Assembly (NCBI GenBank): GCA_907165135.1
Contig: OU015566.1
Location: 5,332,001-5,396,000, forward strand
DNA length: 64,000 nt
Direction: 5' to 3'
DNA from: Oikopleura dioica
Taxonomy: Eukaryota; Animalia; Chordata
This document shows positions 36,701 through 48,702 of this stretch, piece after piece. The notes below the pieces were generated by a model. That model did not search any database and was not told the DNA's origin. It worked only from the letters and a program-made list of their open reading frames with translations. How positions within the stretch are numbered: position 1 is the stretch's first letter; each line of letters begins with the position of its first letter. The position numbers were made by a program, and so were the translations under genes.

Positions 36701-38672
36701 TCGACAAAACAGTAAATCCAGAGTGGAATCGAACATTTTACTTCGAAATGGCCGACCTTTACGAGTGCCTGACACTGTCCATCTACGACGAGGATCAAAA
36801 CGAAGATGACTTTCTTGGTCGATTATGTTTGCCCATCGCGGATATGATCAACGACAAAAAGATGGAATACAGACTCAAGACGAAGCGATTGGATAGTTTT
36901 ACGCAGGGAACGCTGACTGTAACTTGCACGAGATATTACAATCCGATCAGGTACTCTTCCTTGATTTCACGATTCGAAAGGAAATTTTTCGAGGTCAAAG
37001 ATAGTCGGTTTAACTCTCGAAAATTGGTCGAAAATCGGCCCAAACCAATTTATAGAAGTGCATTTTCGGATAACCAATAATATTGCTGTATTTGGCCTAC
37101 CGACCAATCAAAACCCTGATCCATAAAATCACTTCAATATTTTGGCTCTACCCGAAAATCATTAATTATCATAAAATTTCAGAGGCAATGCTCGACTCTT
37201 CAAGCCAAAAGCCAAGACTTACTGGAACTGCGAGCCAAAATACAACATGGACTCGTTTTTTGCTAATGTCAAGTAAATATTCCCCAATGAAAGGTCCCCC
37301 TGTCATCATTCTTTCAGCCGTCTAAAAGCCTTCGAAATGCCTGACATCGCACCCTTATTAGCATTAATGCACGACGTGATCCACTGGAAAAACAAGCCGC
37401 TGTCCTTTCTCATTTGGATTGGCACGATGGCAGCTGTCCACAGCTTTGAGCCGTGGATGATCCCGGCGGCGCTGGTTGGAGTCCTCGTTGTTGGCAGAAT
37501 TCAGCCCTCGCTCTTTGTCAAGAAAAAGGTGAATGAATTTTAGATCGAAAAAGAAAACGGCTTTGTTGTAGAAATTCATCCCCTATGAAAACACGTTTGT
37601 GAGTCTTTTTAATTTTAATGTCAAGCTTTACATTGAAGAAGTGAGTAAATCAAAATGGCCCAACTTGTGAGTCACAAGTTAGGGTTGCAAAAAACCTTTC
37701 AAAAATCAAAAACTGACAAATAAAAAATGGAATAACTTCATTTTTAAAAAACAAACGAAAACGATGATCTTTGGGTGTAGGGCGCCCAGGTTCACAATTG
37801 TGAACCCGGTTCACAATTTTGTGAACCCGGTTCACAATCTGTGTGAACCCTGTTCACAAATTTTTTAAAAGTACGAAATAAGGGATCTATATGCGCTCCG
37901 CGCCCGATTTCATAGAGAAACTCATTTTTGACGTTATAAGCTTTCTCTAAAACCGCGCCTTCAGTCTATTTGAGTCACTTTTTTGACCGAAATTGTGAAC
38001 CAACCGATTGTGAACCTGGGCGCCCGCCACCCCCTTAATTGGGTTCAAAATTGCGCTAAGTAAAATGCTGAAAATAGGATTTATGCTGCTCAATTTTTAT
38101 CTTAAAACTCGGACCCCGAAACTGTCAAATTCGCTTTTCCTAAAAATATTTCAGAACTCATCGAAAAAATCCTCGATAAGTGGCGAAAAAGACAAGAGTG
38201 GGAAGAAATCTGAAGATGCCATCAATCAAGTACACACCCTTTATTTTCCATCGTATCTATCTCTTTGTAGAACTTCATCAAAAAAACCCAGGAAATGATC
38301 AAATCGGTCGAGCGAAAAATCGACTTCATCGCTGGAATTCTCGAAAAGATTTTCCATACTTTTATCTGGATTCGCCCTGCTGCTACTTTTACGCTTGTTT
38401 TTGCGCTCATCATCAGTAAGAACCCTTCTTAGATTCAATAATCAAGCGTTCTAGTTACCATTGTACTTAAATACATCGGCTTCCGGGTGATTTTGATGCT
38501 CTGGCTGACGAAGAAACTGACAATCTACGGGATCAAGCCCAACTACCAAGACAACAACGAGATTCTGGACTTTCTCTCGCGCATTCCGACAATCCCTGAC
38601 CTGTACAAATACAAAGCCGAAGTGTTCCTCCACGACGACTCGGACGAGGAAACCGACAACTCGCCACAGTAA
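33725..38672 (+). CDS. MCTP: Multiple C2 and transmembrane domain-containing protein
   Basis: Three C2 domains (YFQLDIMLSRGENLK|AMDSNGFSDPY...LNPLWN; second degenerate; AANLKALDGAFGFGTSDPYC...VNPEWN...YDED), TM region HWKNKPLSFL...EPWMIP, and C-terminal NNEILDFLSRIP typical of MCTP1/2. Confidence 0.92.
34065..35165 (-). CDS. Intronless secreted trypsin-like serine protease (366 aa), nested antisense in an MCTP intron
   Basis: Signal peptide, Cys module, Pro-rich linker, [32 protein letters not shown]; lies wholly within intron 33872-35428. Confidence 0.95.
   Translation of the reverse strand: MKLLRFFLATQVAASFKKHQNGKNEKSAEHICVEVAAETEIPGGSLVLDKIINKKRAKFQIVCDDGKVKGKVKCVKGIWRDKGWKRSCLTEEPPTQEPPKPPPPPKTTCSEAENFPDAVSTVNQDPNEKILGGVKVDDDSFPWIARLYFDTNPLWACGGSVIANRWVLSAAHCCDGRNIIKATFGDRKGSIVDSNEYQLRAADWFLHPGYVDGKNLDVCLIKFDEDIIARDPDNKVRAACLPNIDKHSFVDRTCTVAGWGTIAVGGILSSALREVDIKVISDATCRQTYEDLAEDDICAGGRGGKDSCQGDSGGPLNCQKAGDSIPYLIGVVSRGYMCGLRDIPGIYTSTYATLDWIRQTVQENGL
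37770..38038. mobile_element. Intronic MITE-like element with inverted GGGCGCCCAGGTTCACAAT ends
   Basis: GGGCGCCCAGGTTCACAAT at ~37780 is mirrored at ~38008-38026; internal TGTGAACCCGGTTCACAAT repeats; TTAA only on the right side. Confidence 0.65.
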
Positions 38673-38803
38673 TTATAAAATTCTTTTTCAAAAATCTGTT
38701 TACTTGAAATTGTAGCAAAAAACTGGTGACCTCACTTTTTAAATAAAAAATGAAATCTCAAGTATGATGTTTTTTATTTTATTTATTTTTATAAAAAAAT
38801 TAA

Positions 38804-41106
38804 TTACAGAAAGTAAATATTAAATCTCACATAAATATAACAAGTTTCCCTTTCGTATTTGATGGTTTGTCGCCCTCCATCCGCCTTGCTTTCGATTTCT
38901 CGTCGATTCACTTCTTCTCCAGTCATCCAATTAATTTGCTGCGCTACGGCTCTGAATCTTCTGCCGCGTTCTGAAATAAAATTTTAAAAAATTGAAATTT
39001 TATCTTTTTACCTTTGTTCCAGATTGACAAGTAATAAAAATCATCTGATCCTTTTCCATTCCCTCCTTTGAATTGCAAGTGCCAGCCTCCTTCGGCGACC
39101 TCCCAATTATCCCCATGATAAAACTTCGCGGAGAGTTTCTCGAAATTCATTTTCGCTTTAAAAAATTAAAAACTCTCTTTCCTTGAGGTTGATTCGTTTT
39201 TCGCCGAGTGCCAGCAGTTTCAGCACGTTTCGCAATTCTTTTTCGAGCATGACATTTCTTTCTCCACCAGCAAAAGTCGCTTTATCTTGTCCATAAAACT
39301 CGCCCGCTCCACCCTTCGCGCCCAACTCCTTCCTCAGCTTCTCCAGTTCCTCGTTTCTCACATCAACTTTTTTTTCTTCTTTTTTATCTAATCTCTCAAT
39401 TTCTCTTTTCTGATTTTCGAGTTCGCGGCGATTCTTTTCTTTTTCTTCTTTCAAAATCGACGCGTGTTTTTCAATTTCTCGTCGTGCAGATTTCGTTTCA
39501 GATTCGTTTTGCTAAAATTGATTAAATAGATGATTAAATAGATGATCACCATTTTCATGTCGTCAATGATATTCCTCGAGTATTTAAAATTTTGTTCCAG
39601 TTCTAAATTCAATTTCTTCATTTTCGCGACTGCCTGCCATTTTCCATTTTCTTGTTTCAGTTTTTCATTTTCCTCACAAAGTTTTTTAATAAAATAGTCA
39701 AAAAGCATCGCATAAGAGGAAACAGATACTAACTCGATTTAGCTGACCGATTTCTTTATTTTTTTGCTTCGCTTCGTCTCTAAGTCGATCTTCCATGATT
39801 TCGTTGAAAGTGTCAAGTCGACGCTGAAGTTGTGCGATTGTCCTGTCTTTCTGCTCAATCTCTTCCGTGAGTCGCTGAACCTTATCATTCTCATTTGGAA
39901 AGGGAGGGGGAACGATGTTGCTCGGTCGTTCGCCGTTTTCAATTCGCTGTAAGAAATCAACGAAGAGAGATTCAGCCCTGAGCTCGACCGCGTTCCTATG
40001 GCGTCGCTTGCGGTTAAGATAAGTGCATTTTTGAAGAAGATTTTCAAACTCTTCAAACTCGTTCGTTTCGCCGAAAATTTCAAAGAGCGACGTTCGATTT
40101 CCTGTTTGGATGTTTGTCACTAAAACAAGCTAATAATAATCCAGCTTTCTGAGAATAAACATACGAATCTCTCCGGTAAACGCTGTTCTTCCATCAACAC
40201 GGCCGAAAGCATGCTCCAATGTCAATACTTCCTAAAAACCAAACTTCAAAAAAGTGGACTTTTACAATTTTCAAACCTGCAGAATTAAACCAAATCCCCA
40301 AACGTCCAGTCTTGGTGATATTTTTGCCTCTTCCTCGTGGTAAATTTCTATTGCAGTCAATTTATTAAAGCTTACTTGACTTGTTTACCTGGTGCAGCGT
40401 AAAGAGGAGTGCACTTTATGGGGCTGTCGCTCGACGTTGTCATGGTTTGTTGAATCGAGCGGACCGACTGGGTGCTGCCGAAATCACCCAGTTTGACCTT
40501 CGAAACGCATGTGTTTACGATTCCTGTGATATTTACTTACGGTTATAAAGTCAGACTGGACAAAGATATTTTCGGGCTTCAAATCAAGGTGAAGCTTCTT
40601 CCTCTCGTGGCAGTAGCTCAAACCAGAGATGATTTGAGCACCGATGAGAGTCGCCTCTTCCATCGTCGGCTTTCGGCCGGCATCTTTCATCTTCTGGATC
40701 CAGTCGGCAAGACTGCCTCCAGCGCAGTACTCCATGATAATGAAGCACATGGACCCAAACGCCCAATCTGGAGTTTGTCGATCCAGAAAGTCGATGAATC
40801 GGACCACGTTCGCGTGATCTAAACAATTCAACACAAAGAAATAAGAAATTAACTAACCGAGACTTTGAAGATTCGCTGCTTCTTGTCGCGCATTTTCCCA
40901 CTGGTCTGCATCATGAAGATAGATTGCCTTGACCATAACGGTTTCTCGTGTTGCTGTATCCAAAGCCTCAGTTACTCCTTTGTTCGTACCAAAACGAGCC
41001 TTGTCGATGTTGGCGTATCGTCCGTCCTTCTTTTACCAAGTTACAGATTCGGGTTCAAGTAAAGTATACTTCTGATATTCTGTAACTCTTACAAAGAAAC
41101 CGTCAT
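38804..41106 (-). CDS. Ser/Thr protein kinase (NEK-like) plus coiled coil plus C-terminal beta-rich domain
   Basis: VMVK, EAANLQSLDHANVVRF, IMEYCAGGSL, LHLDLKPENIF, VKLGDFG, LYAAPE, LDVWGFG across short introns; long E/K-rich coil; terminal WEVAEGGWHLQF...YLSIWN domain. The start exon is tentative. Confidence 0.85.
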
Positions 41107-41463
41107 TTAAACAATTCGCAAAGCTTTAACTGTATCTCTTATTGAAAAAACTCGGAAAGAAAAGATAGATTCTCGGAGTGAGATGAAATTGTTTCTCCTG
41201 CTGCATAAAGTACGTGCAAATATCAGATTGTTTAATGGTTCCGAAAATTGTTGCAGTATAAGGATTCTGAATTTCAAAGGTCGAAATAACGTAACGTTAT
41301 TTAAAAGTTAGATTCAGAGCTTTCTTCATTTACATTTGTATTTAATGTATATTTTATGTATGTAGGTATTTTTGTTTTCGAAAAGTTTCGTCTTGTGTGA
41401 ACTCTGGCATATGTTTTCGAACTTGGCTAATAAATCGTAAAACAGCAACTCAAAACTCAGAAA

Positions 41464-43727
41464 ATGAGAATTCTGACATGTCTAGCAGCAGAGGCACTGG
41501 CCAGAGAATTCCGTGGGGTCTGGATTACCACCGTCTCCAACATTGACTGGCCTAAGCAGCGCGGTCTCTCGCCCGAAGTCGCTCAGGCTCAGCTCATTGC
41601 CCAGTTAGATCTGGCGCAAGAGAACAACTTCAACGTCGTCGTCTTTCAAATTCGGCCCCAAGCTGATGCCTTTTATCGTTCAGAATTGGAGCCTTGGAGC
41701 TACTGGCTTACGAACAAGGAAAGTCCTCAAAATGTAAACTAGGAAACCTGCAAGAACGAAAAGACACAGAAAATGCATATTAAGTCAGAGTAAAACATGC
41801 ATTCTTTTGAGATGGGTTGAAAGTTGCGACTGTATTTTCAGATAAAGTTTAAGGAAAGCTCTCTTTAGAGGTTTGATTGAGGTTGTCAACGGTTTACCGT
41901 TTGAAAGCTGCGACTGTATCTTTTCCTCAGTCCATTGTGAGCCATTCTGTTTTTTTTCTGAATAAATCCGTTAAAATGATACGAAAAATAATCGCTTACC
42001 GAAAAATTCTCAGGGTCGGACTCTGAAAGTCAATCTGACTGAAGCTCGTTAGCTTGCGAGGCCTGAAGTAGACAACAAATCTAGAGAAAATTTGCTAAAA
42101 AGTTCTTTTTCCTGCAACTAGATTTATTGATAGCGCCCTCTTTCTAGAGAATTTTCAAAGTCTTAAAATTGTTTTTTCACGGCTTTTTTGCCATTCTCCC
42201 ATTTTTTGAGACTTGAAAACAGCAAGGCGTCGACCCCGGATGGGACCCGCTAGAATTCGCCATTACTGAAGCACATCGACGAGGTCTGGAGCTGCATGGC
42301 TGGCTCAATCCTTACCGAGCGAATGCTGCTGAATCGCAAAAGGACAATCTTGACCCTCTCAGTCCAGTTCATCAATATCCCGACTACGCTTACGAAATCG
42401 GCAAGTACATCTGGCTCGACCCTGGAGCAGACGAAATCAAGGCCCACACAAAAGCTGTGATCAGCGACATTCTCAACCGATATGACGTTGATGGACTCCA
42501 CTACGACGACTATTTCTACCCCTACCCTTCATATAACAACTACCAAGGCTTTCCCGACGATGCTACGTATGCCAAATACGTCAATGCCGGCGGAGCGATG
42601 AGCAGAGAAGATTGGCGAAGAGAGAATGTCAACGAACTCATTCGGGACACCTACGAGCTCGTGAAGAACCATAACAGCTATGTGAACTTCGGAGTCGCTC
42701 CTTTTGGAATTTGGCGGCCGGGAAACCCGCCTGGAATCGTCGGAATGGACGCCTACAAAGATCTTTACTGCGACTCAAAGAAATGGCTGAACGAAGGCTG
42801 GTTGGATTACCTCGCTCCTCAGCTGTACTGGCCGATTGATTCGAGTGGACAGCCGTTTGAAGATCTTTACGACTGGTGGAATGAACAGAATTACGAAAAG
42901 AAACATGTGATGACGGGGCTCTATGCTTCGGGAGTGATGGAACATGTCAAGGACTGGCCGGCGCAAGAGATTGTTGATCAAATCGAACTCATGAGAAACA
43001 AACAGGTCGGATTTCGCGTTCAAAACCGGCAATATTTTAATTAAAATTCTAGCTCTCAACTGGAGTCGGAGAAATTCATTTCTCAATGCAGGCTTTTGAG
43101 AAAAACACCAAGGGTCTCACAGGAACTCGTTCTCTTCCTTGATTTCATCGCCAAAAAAAGATCGTGTGGCCTTTATTTCATCTTATTTGAACGAGTAAAA
43201 GATCTGCTCAAATCAACAGTCTACGCCAACAAATCGAATGTTCCCGCTCTTCCGTGGCGATTCAGCGGCTATCCTCCGATTCCTTCGGAACCACAGTTGA
43301 GAATCAACGACTGGACAATCGAAATCGAGCCGGGCTGGGATCATCGAAGCTACGGCCTTTACGAAAACGATCTGCTAGTGGATGTCATTGGAAACGCCGG
43401 CGAAGGAACGATCGTTTATAAAGTTCCAAAGGAGCTTCAGAACAAGAACTTGTGCTTCAAATCGATGAACAAGGATCGCCTTGAATCGGGCTGCACGAAA
43501 GTCTGCCACTTGGGCATCGTTGTCAACGATTTTTGGACTTGCGGGTGAATCAGAATTCAAGCTTTCTTGTCTAACTGAAATTTAGTGACTTGAAATGCAA
43601 CTTCGACTTGAACAACGCTCGAGTTTGCATGGACGGAATCGACGACGAGTACCTCTGCCACGCTGTTGGATGCCTTCATTGCCCGGCGAATCAGTACGGA
43701 TACAGATGTCTTTGGGAAAATCAGTGA
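41464..43727 (+). CDS. Secreted glycoside hydrolase-like family 10 protein (YddW/DigH/COG1649-type) with C-terminal trefoil-like domain; 5 exons
   Basis: Signal MRILTCLAAEALA, then REFRGVWITTVSNIDWP, FQIRPQADAFYRSELEPWS, GWDPLEFAITEAHRRGLELHGWLNPYR, YDVDGLHYDDYFYPYP, FGVAPFGIWR, WLDYLAPQLYW. Introns 41719-42222, 43006-43052, 43123-43201, 43545-43585. Confidence 0.93.
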
Positions 43728-44189
43728 AAACAGCGACTCTCTGACTGATTTCTTATAAGTTCAAAAATTGAATAAAAACGAATTTTTTAATCCCGAATTC
43801 AGGTCTAGCCTCTCGTATGAGCAGCAACGCTTACCTTACAGTACGCTACAAACACTGGCAATTATCGAATTCAAGAAATTCTTCTCGAAAAATGACCGCC
43901 GCTGATTGGCCGCCGCTATGAAGAAAAGCGTGGGAACGAACCACTACGACTTAAAAATGAGAAAATTAAATTGAAGGACTTTTTATTTAAATTTTAAAAT
44001 GTGACGTTATCATCTTGATATATGGTATCGTAGAAAAACCCAGTTTTCTTCGGGAAGGCAAAGAAAATGTCAAAATTAGAGAGCAAATGAAGAAATTTGT
44101 CCAAACTGAAGTCGGAAAAATCGGGCAATAAAATATGAACGCTTTGAAAAACCGTTATTTACAAATATTTTATTCTTTCTTCATCGTTT

Positions 44190-45580
44190 TCAGTTCTCTT
44201 TGGGTGGGAGAATGTAATAATAATCGTTGGAAGGAATATCAAGATAAATAGTGCTTTTTTCCGAAGCTCTCGGCGGCGCTAGAAAATTTCCATCGGGCTC
44301 ATTTTTCGTCATTTCGATTGCTTTCTTTTTGTCCTGTAGATCTAAGTAGCCAAGATCTCGCGTTTCAGTGTTGCTAGAATTTTCGTTAGAAAAAGGGGGA
44401 TGAAAAGGGAAATACCTGAAAATGGCTCCACTTTGATAAACAAATTTCATCAATTCTTCAATTTTGTATCTTTTCGTTTTCGGGCAGCTTTCAAAAATGA
44501 TCATCGTTTTGAATTGATCTGTCTTTTCCACCCTTCGTTCGATCTTCCAGACGCTACAAAAGATGGTACAGGGGTTGGTTATTTTTAACATGAACTCACT
44601 CGCAATCCTGACTTTTTGACATGCATCCGTGCCAGATTTTGATGTCTGGAGTTAGATGAACAGCGATGTCGTCGATTTGAATGTACCATGTCGTTTTTTC
44701 ATCAGTGACTGAAAAATGGTTTAGTTTTTTCATTTTCAAATTGAAAATTTTCTGAATTTCTCCCGTTTTTACAGTAATTTTCAAAATTTTCCGTCAAAAT
44801 AATAATTTTCTCGAATTTTCTGTTAAAAACTTACAAAGCCGTAGAACAGTAGAATTAGAAGCATCTGGCACTAGAACTCTTCTAAGTGTCATTTTGACAG
44901 GCATCCTCAAACAGCCAGGAATCGGCGCTAGATCTTTGATACTCTTTGGCATTCTTCGATTTCTGAAAACACTTCTTTTTCTTTTCTGATTTCTACACTC
45001 GGGCTGATTGATCTATCTTTGCTTTTCAGACCTGGCAAACAAAAGGAAATTTGTAATGAGATTTGCTTTTCTCTTTTTTTTTCACATGCGTTTAAAGAAA
45101 CTGAGCTTTTTCCTAATAGGAAGGGCCTCTTTAAAAAAATAGCAATAAAAAGGGAAAACGATTAGTGGGCCAATTTTATTTGAAAACTTGAAAGTAAATT
45201 GTAAACAAGAAAAAGGCTTATTTACGGACTTTTTCATTCCTTTTGACACCCTTAAAACTAAGTTGTTTAATTACCTTGAGCCTCCCGTTTCATCCCTTTT
45301 TCCAATCGATGCAAACTCCCGTAAAGAGTCGGATAACGATTTTCTCAGAGACCTCTTCATTTCAATTTTTTCCTCTATTTTGAATTTGCCCGGTAAAAAT
45401 TGAGAATGCGCCCCTTATCTGATTCTTTCAACGCTGTTTTTAAAATAAGAAATTTTTTTACCTCGAAGATTTTTTTGGGCTCGACCTTTTAGATCGACTG
45501 TAATTTTTTCTTCTATGAAGCGTCAACGAGCCAAAGCACGATAAGCCGCAGCTTTTATCTGACATTTTTCTTTTTCGCTT
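44190..45580 (-). CDS. Multi-exon protein of unknown function
   Basis: Open segments with GT/AG flanks (MSDKSCGLSCFG...; MPKSIKDLAPIPGC...; FSVTDEKTTWYIQIDD...; terminal exon ...GAIFRYFPFHPP...PPKEN*). No family recognised; joins not fully resolved. Confidence 0.5.
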
Positions 45581-45868
45581 TATTTTTGCGCTCTTTTTTG
45601 CTGGGTTAATTAGAGTAGTGTCTTGATTACCGCCAATAAAGTGAGGAGAGTTTCCCCTCACTTCATCTACTTTCAGACTGTTTATTTATACTGACATGTG
45701 TCATTAAGGCTATCTTCTTAGCTGGAATCTGGACTTGAAAACCTGTGAATAGAACCTGAGGCGGACCCTTAGAGAGCTTTCATAGCCTGACTCAGGTTTC
45801 CTTCACAGGTTGGCGGGCCCTGACCTGAATCAAAGTCCCTCCTTTTATCCGATAATCTTGTTTTCAGA

Positions 45869-48396
45869 ATGGTAAAAATTCTAGTGACGGGCGATGTCCT
45901 AGGAAAACTGGACACGCTGTACAACCGAATTCGAAAATTACAAGCGAAAGGCCAGACTTTCTCGGAACTTTACTGCGTTGGCTCGTTTTTCCCGACTGAT
46001 GGATCGGAATGCCCGGAATGGGATGAATACAAAACTGGAGAAAAAAGAATTCCGATTTCGACGTATATTCTTGGACCGGCGAATGTGGCTGAGTCCAAGT
46101 TCTATGCCGGGCTGGATAATGGGGGAGAGCTTTGTGCCAATATTATGTGCTTAGGTAAGGAATTTGAAGAATTAATTGCCGCTTCGTCAGTGATTTTTAT
46201 ATTAGTACTCTGATTACCTTTCATTTGGTGATTTGACTAGTGGAGAGCTAATTTTAAACTTTCTTCCCATTTTTCTTTTCTCAATTTTTCTTCTTTCAGG
46301 TCGCTGCGGAACGTTTACAACAGCTGATGGACTGCGAGTCGGATACCTCGGCGGCTCGGCGGAAGGAAAAGAAGGTTCTTCTGAATACCCAGTTCAGGCG
46401 AACGCGTGGAAGAAGCTAAAAGATCAGGTTCAAGGAAACACTTTGGACGTCTTTCTTTCTTCCTGCTGGCCACTCGGCATCACCAACAATGGCAACAGCC
46501 CTGATGACCCGCGACTGCTCCAAGTCGGCAACTTAGAAATCGCCAGAGCGACCAGAGAACTGAAGCCTCGCTACCACTTCGCCGGATTCGAACAGAAACA
46601 CTACGAACGAAGACCTTACCAGAACAAGAGCGCGAAACTGCTGCAAATAACCAGATTTATTGCCTTGGCGAATGTTGGAAATCCGAATAAAGAAAAGTAT
46701 CTCTACGCGTTTAATATTACTCCCGGAGAGTTGACAGCGAAGAAGCCAGAGGATTGTACGGAAACGCCGTTTCCTGATGAAGCTGCTGCTAGAGCAAAAG
46801 GTACAATGATCTGTCATTTATAATCCAGAAGCCGCCTCGAGCGGCTTATCTAGCGGAGAACTAGAAATCCATGTTGTTACTGTATCATTTTCAGCAAACG
46901 CTGGAAACTACAGATGGTCACTACCAGACGGACCAGAACTGAAAGACGACCCAGATGATCCAGACGCGATAGAAAGGAGAAAGCGGCAGCAGGCAATGAC
47001 TGGCGAAGCGGGTGGAAAGCGACAGAGAAGGGATTTCGGTGATTGCTGGTTTTGCTTGGGAGGAGAACATGTTCGAAAACACATGGTAAGTGGCGAAATT
47101 CTAGTGCTCCTCCTTGATAATTGATTCGAGGTCGTGTCTGTCGGAGAACACTGCTACGTAGCTTTAGCACGAGGCGGCGTAAACAGCCAGCATGTTTTGA
47201 TTCTTCCGATTCAACACTACCAGAGCTCGCTGACTCTACCGAGCGACGTTTCGGCGGAAGTAGAAGAGTACAAAAAAGCGCTGAGAGAAATGTTCAAGTC
47301 GAGAGGATTGAGCTCGTTTATTTACGAAAGAAATTACAAAACAGATCATATGCAGATTCAAGTTTTGCCCATTCACAAGAAATATAAGGTACAGTTATAA
47401 ATTCTAGGGGTTATAAAGACATAACTAAAACGGCTTTCGGATTCATTTGAAAATAAAACATCATTCTTTCTTCAAAGTTATCTTCGTTGCCTGATGCATC
47501 TTGCTAGTAATTTTTAGGCGTTCATTTCATTATTTTTTCAAATAAGAAGTCAAAAAAACGATGCTTAAAATACTGAATGAAACAGCTGGCTAAATCTCAT
47601 ACCGCGGCCCCCTGCAAAACTGAACCATTTTTCCCAATGGTTCGTTTAAAACTTGAACCGAACCATTTCTATCTCCTTTGATAAAATTTATGTTTTCAGC
47701 AACATATCCCAACGGCTCTGACAAAAGTCGGCCACGGAAGAACGGACAAAAACGGCTACCCGATCGAAATCGACTTTGTAGAACTACCCATGCTTGTGGA
47801 CATGCGATCAGCTGTTCCTGGCCCTAGAACGCCCTTCTTTCTCTGCGAAATGGACGACGGAACAAGATTGCTTCATCGAGTCAGAGGAGGATTCCCGCTC
47901 AATTTTGGGAGAGAAGCAGTTTGCGAACTTATAAACAAGCCTGAAAAAGGTAATTTTGAATAATCTACTAGACTCATTATCTCCCAGCTCAAAGAAAAGC
48001 CATTTAATTTTAATTTCAAGCCGTTCTTTTTTTCAACCTAAAACCTAAATAGGCATAATTGTCGACTTCTTTTTCGAAGTTTTCGACAAATCAAAATAAA
48101 GCATTTTCTGTTCTAGCCAATCAGAGGCCCTACCACCCCTAAATGACCCCATAATTTGGGCCAAAATTACCCCAAAAACTTTTTAAAATCTCCCCGGTTC
48201 TGCCAAAATTTGACTCAAAATTCTAGGCGACTGGAAAAACTGCGTCGTCTCAGACGACCAAGAAGAACATTACGCTGGCAAGTTCCGCGAAATCTTCGCG
48301 AAATTCGACCCCTTCCTCGAACAAGACAGCAGCGACGAAGAATCAGAAGAAGCGATCCAAAGTTCAGAAAACCCAAAAGAAATTGAAGCAAATTAG
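45869..48396 (+). CDS. CWF19L1: CWF19-like protein 1 (metallophosphatase-like N-terminus plus CwfJ C-terminus)
   Basis: KILVTGDV.GKL...F...YCVGSFF, PISTYILG, LKPRYHFAG, TRFIALANVGN...KYLYAFNI, DCWFCL, HCYVALARGG...HVLILPIQHY. Confidence 0.93.
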
Positions 48397-48702
48397 AGCT
48401 TTCTTTCTGCAAATAGGAAAATTTTACTTTTGAATAAAATGCGTTCAACTGCCACAAAATTACGAAAAATCAAACTCAAAAGCTTGAAAATCCGTTTTTA
48501 AGAATGAGTTTTGCCGTTTCCCGAAGAATCTCTAGAAATTCGCCCATTCAGAAGACTTCGAGAATTCGCGATAAATCTCTAGATGAGCTCGTGGATCCAA
48601 AAACCGCAATTCTTCCCCTTCAAAATTCAATTATAAAAGAGGATAAAAGGTAAAGAGAAGGAACCAACTAAATCTCACAAATTTTCTTTTCAAAGTTGAA
48701 AA

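Noticed and set aside
41030-41040. In-frame TAA upstream of the kinase domain suggesting a pseudogene
   Set aside because: It can lie in a small first intron (ATG ACG|GT...AAAG|AAG GAC), and all downstream motifs are intact.
41464-43727. Bacterial contamination as the explanation for GHL10
   Set aside because: The gene is split by four AT-rich introns ending in AG and is contiguous with animal genes; long-read confirmation is still desirable.
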